Source: an uncultured Prolixibacteraceae bacterium
Lineage (GTDB): Bacteria > Bacteroidota > Bacteroidia > Bacteroidales > FEN-979
Assembly: GCA_964642545.1 (NCBI GenBank)
Contig: CAZXQU010000006.1
Span: 1,534 to 65,533 of the forward strand
DNA length: 64,000 nt
Direction: 5' to 3'
Part shown: one piece after another, positions 27,504-36,727 of the stretch
How positions within the stretch are numbered: position 1 is the stretch's first letter
Layout: every line of letters starts with the position of its first letter
Notes under the pieces: generated by a model
Seen by the model: the letters and a program-made list of their open reading frames with translations, nothing else
What the model was told of the DNA's origin: nothing
Databases searched by the model: none
Made by a program: the position numbers and the translations under genes

Positions 27504-28516
27504 TAAAGTCGCTGGTATTCTATTGCTGGATAGCCTTTTTGCCCCAGTTCGTTATAGAAACCGACAAATCTGAGTTTGTAATAAAAGCCACTATGGTTAC
27601 GGATTACATAAGAGACACCAAGTGTAACAGTATAGCTTCCCGCTTCAAAATTGTAGTATTTCCAGTCGTACCCGATGGCATCCAGGTTGGAAGAGTAAAC
27701 CATTTGCTGGGCCATGTCGAAGTTGATCGTTGAAAAATCATTGAGTGTATCCTTAGCTACTTCTACTCCATTCCTGTTAACAAGGACTCCCGTTACAAGA
27801 TATGGATAAGCTTCTCCAAGATCTGTAAACAACAGGGTTGTATACTGAGTGAACAATAGATCCCAGTTGTTTTTCGGAGGTTGCAGGTTACGGATGGCAC
27901 CTCCTTCATCAAAACTGAAATAAAGGTAATTTACAGCAAAGTCTTTGGGAACCACTGCCAGTAACGGCACACCTCCAAGCAATGGAGCGAAGCGAAAATA
28001 GAAGTTGCCATTTTTCAGGCTATCGAAGATGACCTGCATATATCCCAAAGGATTTCCCGCATCATCAATCCCACGATTGATCGCATATACGTGCTGATTT
28101 GAAATGGTATCGCCATCAGAAGTAACGTCAAACCAGATGCCGATAGCCGTGGAATCGGGGTTCCCGTCAGAACGGTCGAACCACCATTTCAAGCCAATAG
28201 TATCCTGCGGTATCCCAAATGGCATGGCACCCAGATCGGCAGCATACATAAAATTTGCTGTATTCAATAAAACATGCCATCCATCCGCACTGCATTCAAA
28301 AGCCAGGTCGCTTTCCCTCTTTGGGTTGGTACTCACAGCGCCTATTGAATCGAGATTAAAGTAAATCTGGTATTTGTAGGTCTGGGTCATGGCGATGGTA
28401 TCGCTTTTAGCATCACCACGCGGGTGGGGTTCAACCATGTCATCTTCCTTGAAACATCCCGTCAGGAGTATCGTCAGGAAAAAAAAGTAAGACCAGACAG
28501 AGTTCAAACGTATCAT
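27503..28516 (-). CDS. Lipoprotein, HmuY-like (putative)
   Basis: Lipobox LLTGCF. It shares the NNWDLLFTQYTT...YPYLVTGVLVN block with the 30767..32032 protein and overlaps the TonB receptor gene by 4 nt. The HmuY assignment rests on context and the WDLxF motif only. Confidence 0.5.
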   Translation of the reverse strand: MIRLNSVWSYFFFLTILLTGCFKEDDMVEPHPRGDAKSDTIAMTQTYKYQIYFNLDSIGAVSTNPKRESDLAFECSADGWHVLLNTANFMYAADLGAMPFGIPQDTIGLKWWFDRSDGNPDSTAIGIWFDVTSDGDTISNQHVYAINRGIDDAGNPLGYMQVIFDSLKNGNFYFRFAPLLGGVPLLAVVPKDFAVNYLYFSFDEGGAIRNLQPPKNNWDLLFTQYTTLLFTDLGEAYPYLVTGVLVNRNGVEVAKDTLNDFSTINFDMAQQMVYSSNLDAIGYDWKYYNFEAGSYTVTLGVSYVIRNHSGFYYKLRFVGFYNELGQKGYPAIEYQRL

Positions 28517-30765
28517 TTGTACTGATTAAAATTGAATGTAAAACGGAAAAACACAGTCCGTCCATAGCCGATAGCAACTCCGTCGCCACCTCCACTTCCA
28601 TGACCTCCCCCACCCAATCCTGTTGAAGGAATGATCTGGTTGTTAAAGATGTTCTTCAATCCGCATGAGAGGCGTATCCGGTTCTTCCAAAACCCCTTGG
28701 TTATCGTGAAGTCCATTGTGTTGTATCCATCTATGTATCCGAAAGAAAGAGTATCGGAGTCGAAATATGGTTGTGGCTTCTTTCCTGTATACTTATAGAG
28801 GAGTGCAAAGGTAAGATCTGGTTTGACAAACCGGTACGATGCATTGGAGTTTACGTCGGTTGAGAATGTAAATCCGCCTGTGGATGTCCCATCTGCCATC
28901 TCCACATTGATGCCCGTAACAGCTAGTCCGGTCGAAATTTTCAGTGAAGGATAAAGCGAAAATGTTGCATTCAGTTGTCCTCCGGTTGTTTTATACCGGT
29001 CGAGATTAACATAGGTGTAAGTGAGGTCGTTTCCTGTTCCCGGGACCTGTGCCAGTGTGATTATATTTTGCAAGGCATTGTAAAATCCACCAATCTCAAT
29101 TTCGTAAGCAATCTTCCTCTTCTCTTCTGCATATTTCAGGGTGAGGTTAACATTGTTGGATGTCTCTGCCTTTAGGTCAGGGTTTCCCTGGATGTTATGG
29201 TTTACATCCTTGAAAAAGAGGTAAAGTTCTTTGATAGAAGGAGCCCGGAAGCCTCGTGAATAGGAAACTCTCAGTGAGAGTGGTTCCAGGATATCCCATT
29301 TGCTACTGAGGGCATAAACCAATGGAGCCTTATACTTGGTATTGTAGATAAAACGGATTCCCGGCTGAAAGGAGAGTACTTTTACAGGATCCCACTTAAG
29401 ACTAAAAAAAACAGCATAATCACCAATTTCCTGTTCGTTATCAAGGATTCGTTTGCCTGTTCCTGTCTCGTAATTAAGATCAATGCCTAACTGGTAGTTG
29501 AATTTCTTATCAGGATTGTTTTTTGCAATGGTCATCCGCCCCATGTATGTTCTCATATTGGTAGTATCCTGCTGCTCCGGATCCTCTGTTTTGACCTCTG
29601 TCAATGTCGTCAGGTCTTTTAGAAAAGTCTCTTTGAACCTGTTATACGCCGAATAGGAGGCAATGAGATTAAACACGTGAGATTTCCAGAGATGCCAGTT
29701 AAGGTCAACTCTTGCATTGTATCGGACAGTTGTGAAATAGGAGTCAAAAGCTTTCTCATAATAGGGTGGCTGAAGGTTTCCTTTATCCTGAAGCAATTCA
29801 TTGAAGTAATCGCCTCCAATTTTCACCTTTATTTTTTTGAAGGTGTAGGCGTAATATCCGTCAGCGAAGTATTGACGCCGTGGTTTAAATACCAATGAAC
29901 GTCCGGTGTCGGAAGAAGGGGAATAGCCCCCGAAGAAGTTGCGGCCGCCATCAACACCGAAGGTATGCCTGTTCAATTTCATGGCAACACTTCCATCGAA
30001 ATTATAGGTACCAACCGACTCAACATATGCATTGGCAACTGTGCTCAGGTTGGCCGATTTATTCTCTTTTGTAATAATATTGACCACCCCGGCAAGGGCA
30101 TTGCTTCCATAAATGACTGACATCGGCCCTTCAATCACCTCAATATGGTCAACGTTATTCAGATTGATCTGGTTAAGGTCAAAATTCCCGTTCATCCTGC
30201 CAATCATGGGTACCCCATCCATCAGAAATTTCACGTTTTCGCCCGAAAGCCCCTGAATATTGAGGCTTGTCCCCAATACACCATCCTGCCTAACATTCAT
30301 GCTCACTTCGTCTTTCAACAAGTCGGCCATGTTTACTGCTGCTTTTAGCTCAATCTGGCGGGCATTGATCACCGACACCTTATAGATTGACTTGTCGGCC
30401 CGCTCTGGTGAATATTGAGCTGTTACCACCAACTCATCCATGTTCAGCACCGTAGGCTGTAGCTGAATTTCCATTGACTCTCCAGGATTGATCGTATCGT
30501 AATAGGTTTTGTACCCAACAAACGAGATCGCAAGTTTCGACTTCTCCTTTACATCATTGAATGCTTTTCCTTCAAGAGAAGTCATACAATATCTTGGACT
30601 TCCGCTATTCAATCCTTCAAAACAAACATGTGCGTAAGCAACCGGCTCCCTGCTTTTTTGATCAAGCACAGTAACAAAAGCCTGCTGACCAAGGGATTGC
30701 TCCCCGGTCAGCAGGCAAACAAACAAAAACCAAAAGACGCCTATACCAAAGTGTCTTTTTGACAT
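28513..30765 (-). CDS. TonB-dependent receptor with N-terminal carboxypeptidase-regulatory-like domain
   Basis: Signal peptide, plug region (DELVVTAQY...), a long beta-barrel, and a C-terminal aromatic terminus (FNFNQYK). Confidence 0.9.
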   Translation of the reverse strand: MSKRHFGIGVFWFLFVCLLTGEQSLGQQAFVTVLDQKSREPVAYAHVCFEGLNSGSPRYCMTSLEGKAFNDVKEKSKLAISFVGYKTYYDTINPGESMEIQLQPTVLNMDELVVTAQYSPERADKSIYKVSVINARQIELKAAVNMADLLKDEVSMNVRQDGVLGTSLNIQGLSGENVKFLMDGVPMIGRMNGNFDLNQINLNNVDHIEVIEGPMSVIYGSNALAGVVNIITKENKSANLSTVANAYVESVGTYNFDGSVAMKLNRHTFGVDGGRNFFGGYSPSSDTGRSLVFKPRRQYFADGYYAYTFKKIKVKIGGDYFNELLQDKGNLQPPYYEKAFDSYFTTVRYNARVDLNWHLWKSHVFNLIASYSAYNRFKETFLKDLTTLTEVKTEDPEQQDTTNMRTYMGRMTIAKNNPDKKFNYQLGIDLNYETGTGKRILDNEQEIGDYAVFFSLKWDPVKVLSFQPGIRFIYNTKYKAPLVYALSSKWDILEPLSLRVSYSRGFRAPSIKELYLFFKDVNHNIQGNPDLKAETSNNVNLTLKYAEEKRKIAYEIEIGGFYNALQNIITLAQVPGTGNDLTYTYVNLDRYKTTGGQLNATFSLYPSLKISTGLAVTGINVEMADGTSTGGFTFSTDVNSNASYRFVKPDLTFALLYKYTGKKPQPYFDSDTLSFGYIDGYNTMDFTITKGFWKNRIRLSCGLKNIFNNQIIPSTGLGGGGHGSGGGDGVAIGYGRTVFFRFTFNFNQYK

Positions 30766-30766
30766 T

Positions 30767-32032
30767 TTACTGTTTGATGAATTTATTGAGAGAGAAATTA
30801 TTACCCGATGTTACCTTTAAAAGATAGACACCGGGAGAGAGAGACTGAATATTCAAGGTAATCTGTTGCTGACTGGAAGAGACGCGCTCTGAACGGATCG
30901 ACTTTCCGGTAAAGTCAAGAAGTGTGATGAGCACCTCTTCATTTAACAGCTTCAGCGCTTCTATGTCGATTTTAATAACATCTGTAGCTGGATTTGGGTA
31001 AAGTGTGATCCGGATCTCCGATTGTTGCTTATCCCCGATGCCGGCGGAGAATACTCTGGCTTTACCGAAGTCGATATTTCCCGTTGAAGAACCTTCAAAA
31101 CCTGTGAATTTAAGACGATAGGCTTCGGCAATCTGATCTTTCACATAAAAGACCATGGAGTCATTGACCTGATATGTCATTGTAGTCATGCTAAATGTTT
31201 TCCAGTCCCAGCCAATATTTGATCGGGAGCTGTCCCAGGGGGCCACTTCCCAATCATTGTACTCGGAATCAACGGGATAATATTTCTTTGTGTAGTTCAC
31301 AGGATTGGTTAGTACCCCTGTAACAGGATATGGTTCGCCATTGGGTTGAACCGACATGTATTTGGTAAACAGGATATCCCAGCTGGTTTTTGCCGGCTGG
31401 TAATCCACAACGAGGTTTGTTTGCATGTTAAATCCAATAAAATCCTTATCGAGATAGAGGCTGCAGTCTAACACCATCTCCTGGAAATCGGATCCGTCGA
31501 GATTGGCATAGCGGAACAGGTAGGTGTTTGCCGGTGAGTCTTTCTCCACAACCCAGAGTTTTTTGAAACTTCCATCCATTAATTGAATTACAAAGAGAGA
31601 GTCGCCGGTAAGGATATGGGTCCCGGTATTGTACTTAGCCCATCCGAAATCGAGTCCCCCGAGTGCATTCCGAGAAAAGGCTCCGTTTTCCCAATCGGTA
31701 GGGTCGTTATACATTGGTGTCCAGGAAGAAAGACCAGTTGTGTCAAGGATTGCCCATCCTGTAGTATCGGCATAGGGATATGACCAGAGGGTGACTCCTG
31801 AACCGTCATTAGTCAAGATGGATGAACTCATGATCATAGTTCTGAATGAAATATCCCATATATTCCTGGCCACTGAGGTTGTATTGCTGGTAGAGAACTG
31901 ATAATAGACTTCATCGGCATACCCTGCTCCCATTGAAACTGTTTCAGGATACATTGGAAACTGTGCAGGACCAGTTGTTGAGAGAAGTGTCAGGATTATT
32001 CCGCTGACAAGAGAGAGTAAACTTTTTTTCAT
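30767..32032 (-). CDS. HmuY-like surface protein with T9SS C-terminal sorting domain (putative)
   Basis: Signal peptide. TSWDILFTKY...YPVTGVLTN block paralogous to 27503..28516. CTD (ITLYPNPATDVIKIDI...GVYLLKV). Confidence 0.55.
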   Translation of the reverse strand: MKKSLLSLVSGIILTLLSTTGPAQFPMYPETVSMGAGYADEVYYQFSTSNTTSVARNIWDISFRTMIMSSSILTNDGSGVTLWSYPYADTTGWAILDTTGLSSWTPMYNDPTDWENGAFSRNALGGLDFGWAKYNTGTHILTGDSLFVIQLMDGSFKKLWVVEKDSPANTYLFRYANLDGSDFQEMVLDCSLYLDKDFIGFNMQTNLVVDYQPAKTSWDILFTKYMSVQPNGEPYPVTGVLTNPVNYTKKYYPVDSEYNDWEVAPWDSSRSNIGWDWKTFSMTTMTYQVNDSMVFYVKDQIAEAYRLKFTGFEGSSTGNIDFGKARVFSAGIGDKQQSEIRITLYPNPATDVIKIDIEALKLLNEEVLITLLDFTGKSIRSERVSSSQQQITLNIQSLSPGVYLLKVTSGNNFSLNKFIKQ

Positions 32033-32139
32033 GATACATAATTTTGAAAGAAATTATTATTGAATTGGATTTCAATCGTGTATTCTTAAATAACAACATA
32101 GCTGTTAGCAAGAAAACAGAGAAAGAAACAGGAAGGAAA

Positions 32140-32475
32140 TTAAGCTACCGGGGGACCCCGGAGGCCAGATGCTATTAAAAACCGGAAACCGGTCTGTTCT
32201 GACAAGAAAAGAGATGTGGTTTGGATTACAGGCAGATAAAGAGCAATCTCATCAAGTGTATCGAATGGGATGAAGTCAGTAATCTGATTTTTTACATCCT
32301 GGATCTTGACGATCTTGGCTTTATCTCTAGGCGTAACGAACGAATAAGGAAGCAATTGCTTGCCCCATATCTTGTTCTGGTGAAAATTGATCAACGACCC
32401 AAACGTAATCAGGAACACGGGAATGATCCAGATTGGCAGAAAAATCAGAAAGTGCCGTTTGCGTTGTTCAATCAT
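32140..32475 (-). CDS. Hypothetical small membrane protein
   Basis: One TM helix (FLIFLPIWIIPVFLITFGSLI). No family recognised. It competes with an antisense ORF. Confidence 0.3.
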   Translation of the reverse strand: MIEQRKRHFLIFLPIWIIPVFLITFGSLINFHQNKIWGKQLLPYSFVTPRDKAKIVKIQDVKNQITDFIPFDTLDEIALYLPVIQTTSLFLSEQTGFRFLIASGLRGPPVA

Positions 32476-32548
32476 TCACAATGGAATTTGAGGCAAAGAT
32501 ATAAATATATTAATGACCAGATCTTTAAAAAAGAGGAAAATATTTTTT

Positions 32549-33412
32549 TTACCCCAGATATGTCTTCAGCAATGTACTCCGGGAAGAGTGTTTCAGTCGC
32601 CGGATAGCCTTCTCTTTGATCTGCCTGACCCGCTCACGGGTAAGATCAAACATTGCGCCAATCTCTTCCAGGGTATAATTGTGGGGGTAACCAATTCCAT
32701 AAAACATATTGATGATCTCACGCTCCTTCTCGGTAAGGGTTGAAAGGGATCGTTGAATCTCGTGTGACAGGGACTCCTGTAATAAAAGATCATCTGTACC
32801 AGGAGAATCGTTGGGCACAAAGAAATCCAGAAACTTCATATCCTCGTCCTGATCAAGAGGGGCATCCATTGAAAGTGTACGTGATCCTATTTTCATTGTT
32901 TCACGAACCTTGTGTTCAGGAATATCCATCTCTCTGGCAATCTCATCAGCCGAAGGAGGACGTTCATAAACCTGCTCCAGGCGGGAGGACATCTTGTTTA
33001 ATTTACTCAGAGAGCCTACCTGATTCAGCGGCAACCGAACGATCCTGGCCTGTTCGGCCAGTGCTTGAAGAATCGATTGACGAATCCACCAAACAGCATA
33101 GGAGATGAATTTAAACCCACGCGTCTCATCAAAGCGTGTTGCAGCTTTAATTAGTCCCAGATTGCCTTCGTTAATCAGATCGGGCAGACTGAGTCCCTGG
33201 TTTTGATATTGCTTGGCTACCGAAACAACAAACCGGAGATTGGCTTTGCAAAGCTTTTCCAATGCGGCCTGGTCCCCCTGCTTGATCCGTTGAGCCAGGA
33301 GTACCTCCTCGTCAGCGGTGATCAGCTCCTCCCTCCCGATATCTTGCAAATACTTATCGAGCGAGGCGGTTTCCCGGTTGGTAATTGATTTCGATATTTT
33401 TAATTGTCTCAT
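32549..33412 (-). CDS. rpoD: Primary sigma-70 factor, Bacteroidota short RpoD type
   Basis: Regions 2-4 are present ([52 protein letters not shown]). 287 aa. Confidence 0.9.
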   Translation of the reverse strand: MRQLKISKSITNRETASLDKYLQDIGREELITADEEVLLAQRIKQGDQAALEKLCKANLRFVVSVAKQYQNQGLSLPDLINEGNLGLIKAATRFDETRGFKFISYAVWWIRQSILQALAEQARIVRLPLNQVGSLSKLNKMSSRLEQVYERPPSADEIAREMDIPEHKVRETMKIGSRTLSMDAPLDQDEDMKFLDFFVPNDSPGTDDLLLQESLSHEIQRSLSTLTEKEREIINMFYGIGYPHNYTLEEIGAMFDLTRERVRQIKEKAIRRLKHSSRSTLLKTYLG

Positions 33413-33480
33413 TACACCCTCAAGTTACAACTTTATAACGGAAATTCCAACTATTTATTTAAACTTCTTCTAAATTTTAT

Positions 33481-34920
33481 TCACAACCCAACACCATAGT
33501 ATGCTTTTAACCCATTCGGGTATAATCCTTCCAGCAAAACGCCCCCACTTCGTCCCGACAAAGCATTTTTCAAGGCTGTTAATGAGCGTATTGGCTCCCG
33601 GTCAATCCCTAACAGAATGAAACCTTCACGGATGCCTGCATCCCTAAGTTTGCCGTTGTTCAGCTGTGTAATCTGGAATCCATAATCAATCCCAAACCTG
33701 GTTTTCTCCGCTTCTGGCAGTGGCTCGAAGGTAGCCCCATGAATAATTACTTTATCACCCTGCACAAGAGCCTGTGTTGACTCTTCGCTTTGAAGTGTGA
33801 TATTCATCTCCATCAGCTTGCCATCTCTCCATAGTTTAACTGCAACATTGTCGCCGGGACTATGCTGCCCCATAAACTCGGTGAGTTCCGATTTCCGGTT
33901 CACAGTCGAATTTCCAAGTTGCAGGATGATATCCCCTTTTTTAATTCCTCCTTTGGCTGCAGATCCCCCTTCAACAAGATCTTCAATATAGATACCTTTC
34001 GGACTATCCAGTCCCTGCGCCTTCGCCATCTGGTCATCAATCTCCCTGTAGTATATCCCGAAATATGCACGCTGAATCTTCCCATATTTCATTAAATCAT
34101 CCACCACTTTTCGGGCAATGTTTACCGGGATAGCAAATGAATATCCTTGATAATATCCGGTTCCGCTTGCAATGGCTGCATTGATTCCGATCAGCGCCCC
34201 ACGTGTATTAACCAATGCACCTCCACTGTTTCCTGGGTTAACCGCAGCATCTGTCTGGATAAATGATTCAATCGCTCCCTGTGAACCTAAAATGTTGATG
34301 TTTCTTGCTTTTGCGCTCACTATACCTGCAGTAACAGTTGATGTGAGGTTAAATGGATTCCCAACTGCTAGTACCCACTCCCCTACCTTTACATCATCGG
34401 AATTTCCGTACGAAAGGAATGGGAGGTTAGCCTGGTCAATCTTGATCAGAGCAATATCGGTAGTTGGGTCAGTGCCTACGATAGATGCATTAAAAACTCT
34501 GCGATCATTCAATGTTACCAGGATCTCATTGGCATCCTGTACTACATGATTATTTGTCACAATATACCCCTCCGGAGAGATAATGACTCCCGAGCCCATA
34601 GCCTCATAGGGGAAGACCTGTTCTCTCGGAGTTCCTCTGTGCAAGTCGAAAAACTCAAAGAAGTCGTCATATACCATACTTTTCCGCTGAAACTGTGTTT
34701 TAATGTGGACAACAGCATGGATAGTCAGGTCAGCCGCGGCTTCAAAATCGGGAAGGTTCATCGGGGCGGATGTTGAGAAATTGGCTTGGTTCACAGGAAC
34801 CGTCACCGGGATATCGCTATAGGCCGGAACCTTCTTCTCCAGCATAAAAAACAGGCCCAGGGCTACCGCTCCTCCTGTAAGGGCTACCAGAAACAGTGCT
34901 GCGATCTTCTTCATATCCAA
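33481..34920 (-). CDS. HtrA/DegP-family serine protease with PDZ domains
   Basis: Signal anchor. Catalytic triad context (TNNHVV, DIALIK, GNSGGAL). Two PDZ-like regions. Confidence 0.9.
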   Translation of the reverse strand: MDMKKIAALFLVALTGGAVALGLFFMLEKKVPAYSDIPVTVPVNQANFSTSAPMNLPDFEAAADLTIHAVVHIKTQFQRKSMVYDDFFEFFDLHRGTPREQVFPYEAMGSGVIISPEGYIVTNNHVVQDANEILVTLNDRRVFNASIVGTDPTTDIALIKIDQANLPFLSYGNSDDVKVGEWVLAVGNPFNLTSTVTAGIVSAKARNINILGSQGAIESFIQTDAAVNPGNSGGALVNTRGALIGINAAIASGTGYYQGYSFAIPVNIARKVVDDLMKYGKIQRAYFGIYYREIDDQMAKAQGLDSPKGIYIEDLVEGGSAAKGGIKKGDIILQLGNSTVNRKSELTEFMGQHSPGDNVAVKLWRDGKLMEMNITLQSEESTQALVQGDKVIIHGATFEPLPEAEKTRFGIDYGFQITQLNNGKLRDAGIREGFILLGIDREPIRSLTALKNALSGRSGGVLLEGLYPNGLKAYYGVGL

Positions 34921-34931
34921 AACATTTAATT

Positions 34932-35014
34932 CGTTAGGTTAACGGACATCCCCACTTGAAAGTGCGACCCTACTGTTAAAAACTGTTAACATCATTGTTA
35001 AAGATTCGTTAAAC
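34932..35014. promoter_or_regulatory. Phased GTTAA(A/C) repeats in the divergent htrA-like / EEP spacer
   Basis: CGTTAGGTTAACGG, then CTGTTAAA, CTGTTAAC, TTGTTAAA and TCGTTAAA at 10-12 nt spacing. No function is known. Confidence 0.3.
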
Positions 35015-35091
35015 AATTTTCACAGTGTAACATATAACCTTTTCACTCTATTCCGGATTAAGTAAAAGAGACTTACCAATAATTATTTACC

Positions 35092-36276
35092 ATGAGACAT
35101 TTAAAAAGTTTTCAAGGCAGGCAGCTAATGCTTGGTTTACTTTTATGCCACCTTAATTTGCCACAGTCGCAGATAACCCTCTCCGAAAATTGTGCCATAG
35201 CCGATAGTTGTCAGAATTCGGGTCAAAATGTCAGAATCCTCTTCTGGAATGTCGAAAACCTTTTTGACTATAAGGATGACACACTTACTGCCGACGAAGA
35301 GTTTACCGGCAACGGAGCTATGCATTGGAGTTATACGAAACTTCAGACAAAACTCGCGCATGTAGCCAAAGCCATCCTGGCTGCCGGAGAGTGGGACCCT
35401 CCTGTCATAATAGGCATGTGTGAGATTGAGAACCGATATGTGCTGAATAAACTGATTTACAATTCTCCTCTAAAGTCATCTGGATACCGGATCATTCACC
35501 GCAACTCCCCCGACAGCCGTGGTATCGATGTAGCCATGCTCTACCGTGCAGATGCATTTACCCCAATGTTTACCGAATGGATCACTATCAAATTCCCTTT
35601 CGACACCACTGCTACAACTCGGGATATACTCTATGCCAAAGGGATTCTGTTCGATTCAGATACCATCCATCTATTTGTCAACCACTGGCCATCAAGGCGT
35701 GGAGGAGAGGCGGCTTCTGCGCCGAGAAGGAATTATGTAGCGTCGGTACTGCGTGCGAAAATTGATTCCATTCTGAAAGCAGATACGCATTATACGATGC
35801 GCAATATGCGATACGCGATACACGATCAAAAGATACCTGATGCCAGATCCCTGATGCTGGATACCACATCTCAAATCGCAGATCCTTCACTCCTGATCAT
35901 GGGCGACTTCAACGATGAGCCTGAAAACGAGAGCCTGCAGAATATTCTGAAAGCGCGACTGGATGCAGGAGATCTGAAGCCCGGGGACCTGATTAACATG
36001 ATGCATCTGATGGTAAACAAAGAGGGCAGCCATAAATTCAGGGAACATTGGGGTTTGCTCGACCAGTTTATTGTCTCCGGCTCCCTCCTGGACAAACAAC
36101 ATCCGCTTCAGGTTGATCCCGGCAGTGTCCAGATATTCAAACCAGCTTTTCTTATGGAAGATGACCTGAAGTACCTAGGCACTAAACCCAAACGCACCTA
36201 CCTCGGACCGAGGTATAAGGGAGGGTTTTCGGATCATCTGCCTGTTGTGATGGAAATTAGGAAATTAGGAAATTAG
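35092..36276 (+). CDS. Endonuclease/exonuclease/phosphatase (EEP) family protein
   Basis: FWNVENLFD, MCEIEN, VNHWPSRRGG, GDFNDEP and SDHLPV motifs. The last codons (RKLGN) are encoded by a GGAAATTA array. Confidence 0.85.
   Translation: MRHLKSFQGRQLMLGLLLCHLNLPQSQITLSENCAIADSCQNSGQNVRILFWNVENLFDYKDDTLTADEEFTGNGAMHWSYTKLQTKLAHVAKAILAAGEWDPPVIIGMCEIENRYVLNKLIYNSPLKSSGYRIIHRNSPDSRGIDVAMLYRADAFTPMFTEWITIKFPFDTTATTRDILYAKGILFDSDTIHLFVNHWPSRRGGEAASAPRRNYVASVLRAKIDSILKADTHYTMRNMRYAIHDQKIPDARSLMLDTTSQIADPSLLIMGDFNDEPENESLQNILKARLDAGDLKPGDLINMMHLMVNKEGSHKFREHWGLLDQFIVSGSLLDKQHPLQVDPGSVQIFKPAFLMEDDLKYLGTKPKRTYLGPRYKGGFSDHLPVVMEIRKLGN
35782..35866 (+). repeat. Intragenic in-frame GAT-heptamer element (GATACGC ATTATAC GATGCGC AATATGC GATACGC GATACAC GATCAAAA GATACCT GATGCCA GATCCCT GATGCTG GATACCA)
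   Basis: Read directly. It encodes DTHYTMRNMRYAIHDQKIPDARSLMLDT inside the EEP protein. Confidence 0.8.
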
Positions 36277-36291
36277 GAAATTAGGAAAATA
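36252..36291 (+). repeat. (GGAAATTA)x4 plus GGAAAATA octamer array
   Basis: Read directly. It contains the TAG stop (36274-36276) of the EEP gene. Confidence 0.95.
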
Positions 36292-36314
36292 ATAAATTAA
36301 GGAAGGGGACGAGG

Positions 36315-36677
36315 ATGAAATTGGAAGAGTTGAAGATTTATCAGGTTGCCATGGAGATTGGCGAGGAAATCTGGAGAATAGTCAAGCCACTGGATTATTT
36401 TACAAAAGAAACTATTGGGAAACAAATCGTGAAGTCATCAGACTCAATTGCATCGAATATTAGCGAAGGCTATGGGAGGTTCCATTATCGCGAATCACGT
36501 ATGTTTTATTTTTATGCCAGAGGCTCCGCATTCGAAACCAAAACCTGGATAAAAAAGCTCTACAATCGAAGGAAGCTCAATGAAGAAGAGTATAAAAGAA
36601 TATATAACTTAATTGAATTTGAATGTGCTTCCCTAAACAACTATATAAAAACGGTGGGCCCAAAAGAAGCACATTGA
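36315..36677 (+). CDS. Four-helix-bundle protein (23S rRNA intervening-sequence protein / Avd-like family)
   Basis: 120 aa. Family-typical blocks LKIYQVAMEI, QIVKSSDSIASNISEGYGR, FYARGSAFETKTWI. Confidence 0.8.
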   Translation: MKLEELKIYQVAMEIGEEIWRIVKPLDYFTKETIGKQIVKSSDSIASNISEGYGRFHYRESRMFYFYARGSAFETKTWIKKLYNRRKLNEEEYKRIYNLIEFECASLNNYIKTVGPKEAH

Positions 36678-36695
36678 ATCCTAAGCACCTCCCCT

Positions 36696-36727
36696 TAATT
36701 TCCTATTTTCCTAATTTCCTAACTCCC
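36696..36727 (-). repeat. Octamer array; sense (minus) strand reads GGGAGTTA GGAAATTA GGAAAATA GGAAATTA
   Basis: The plus strand reads TAATTTCC TATTTTCC TAATTTCC TAACTCCC. It abuts the TAG stop of the radical SAM gene and is inverted relative to 36252-36291. Confidence 0.9.

Noticed and set aside
36315-36677. The four-helix-bundle gene as evidence of a diversity-generating retroelement or a mobile element
   Set aside because: No reverse transcriptase, template/variable repeat pair, transposase or integrase is visible anywhere in the window. I kept only the inverted-array geometry as a finding.
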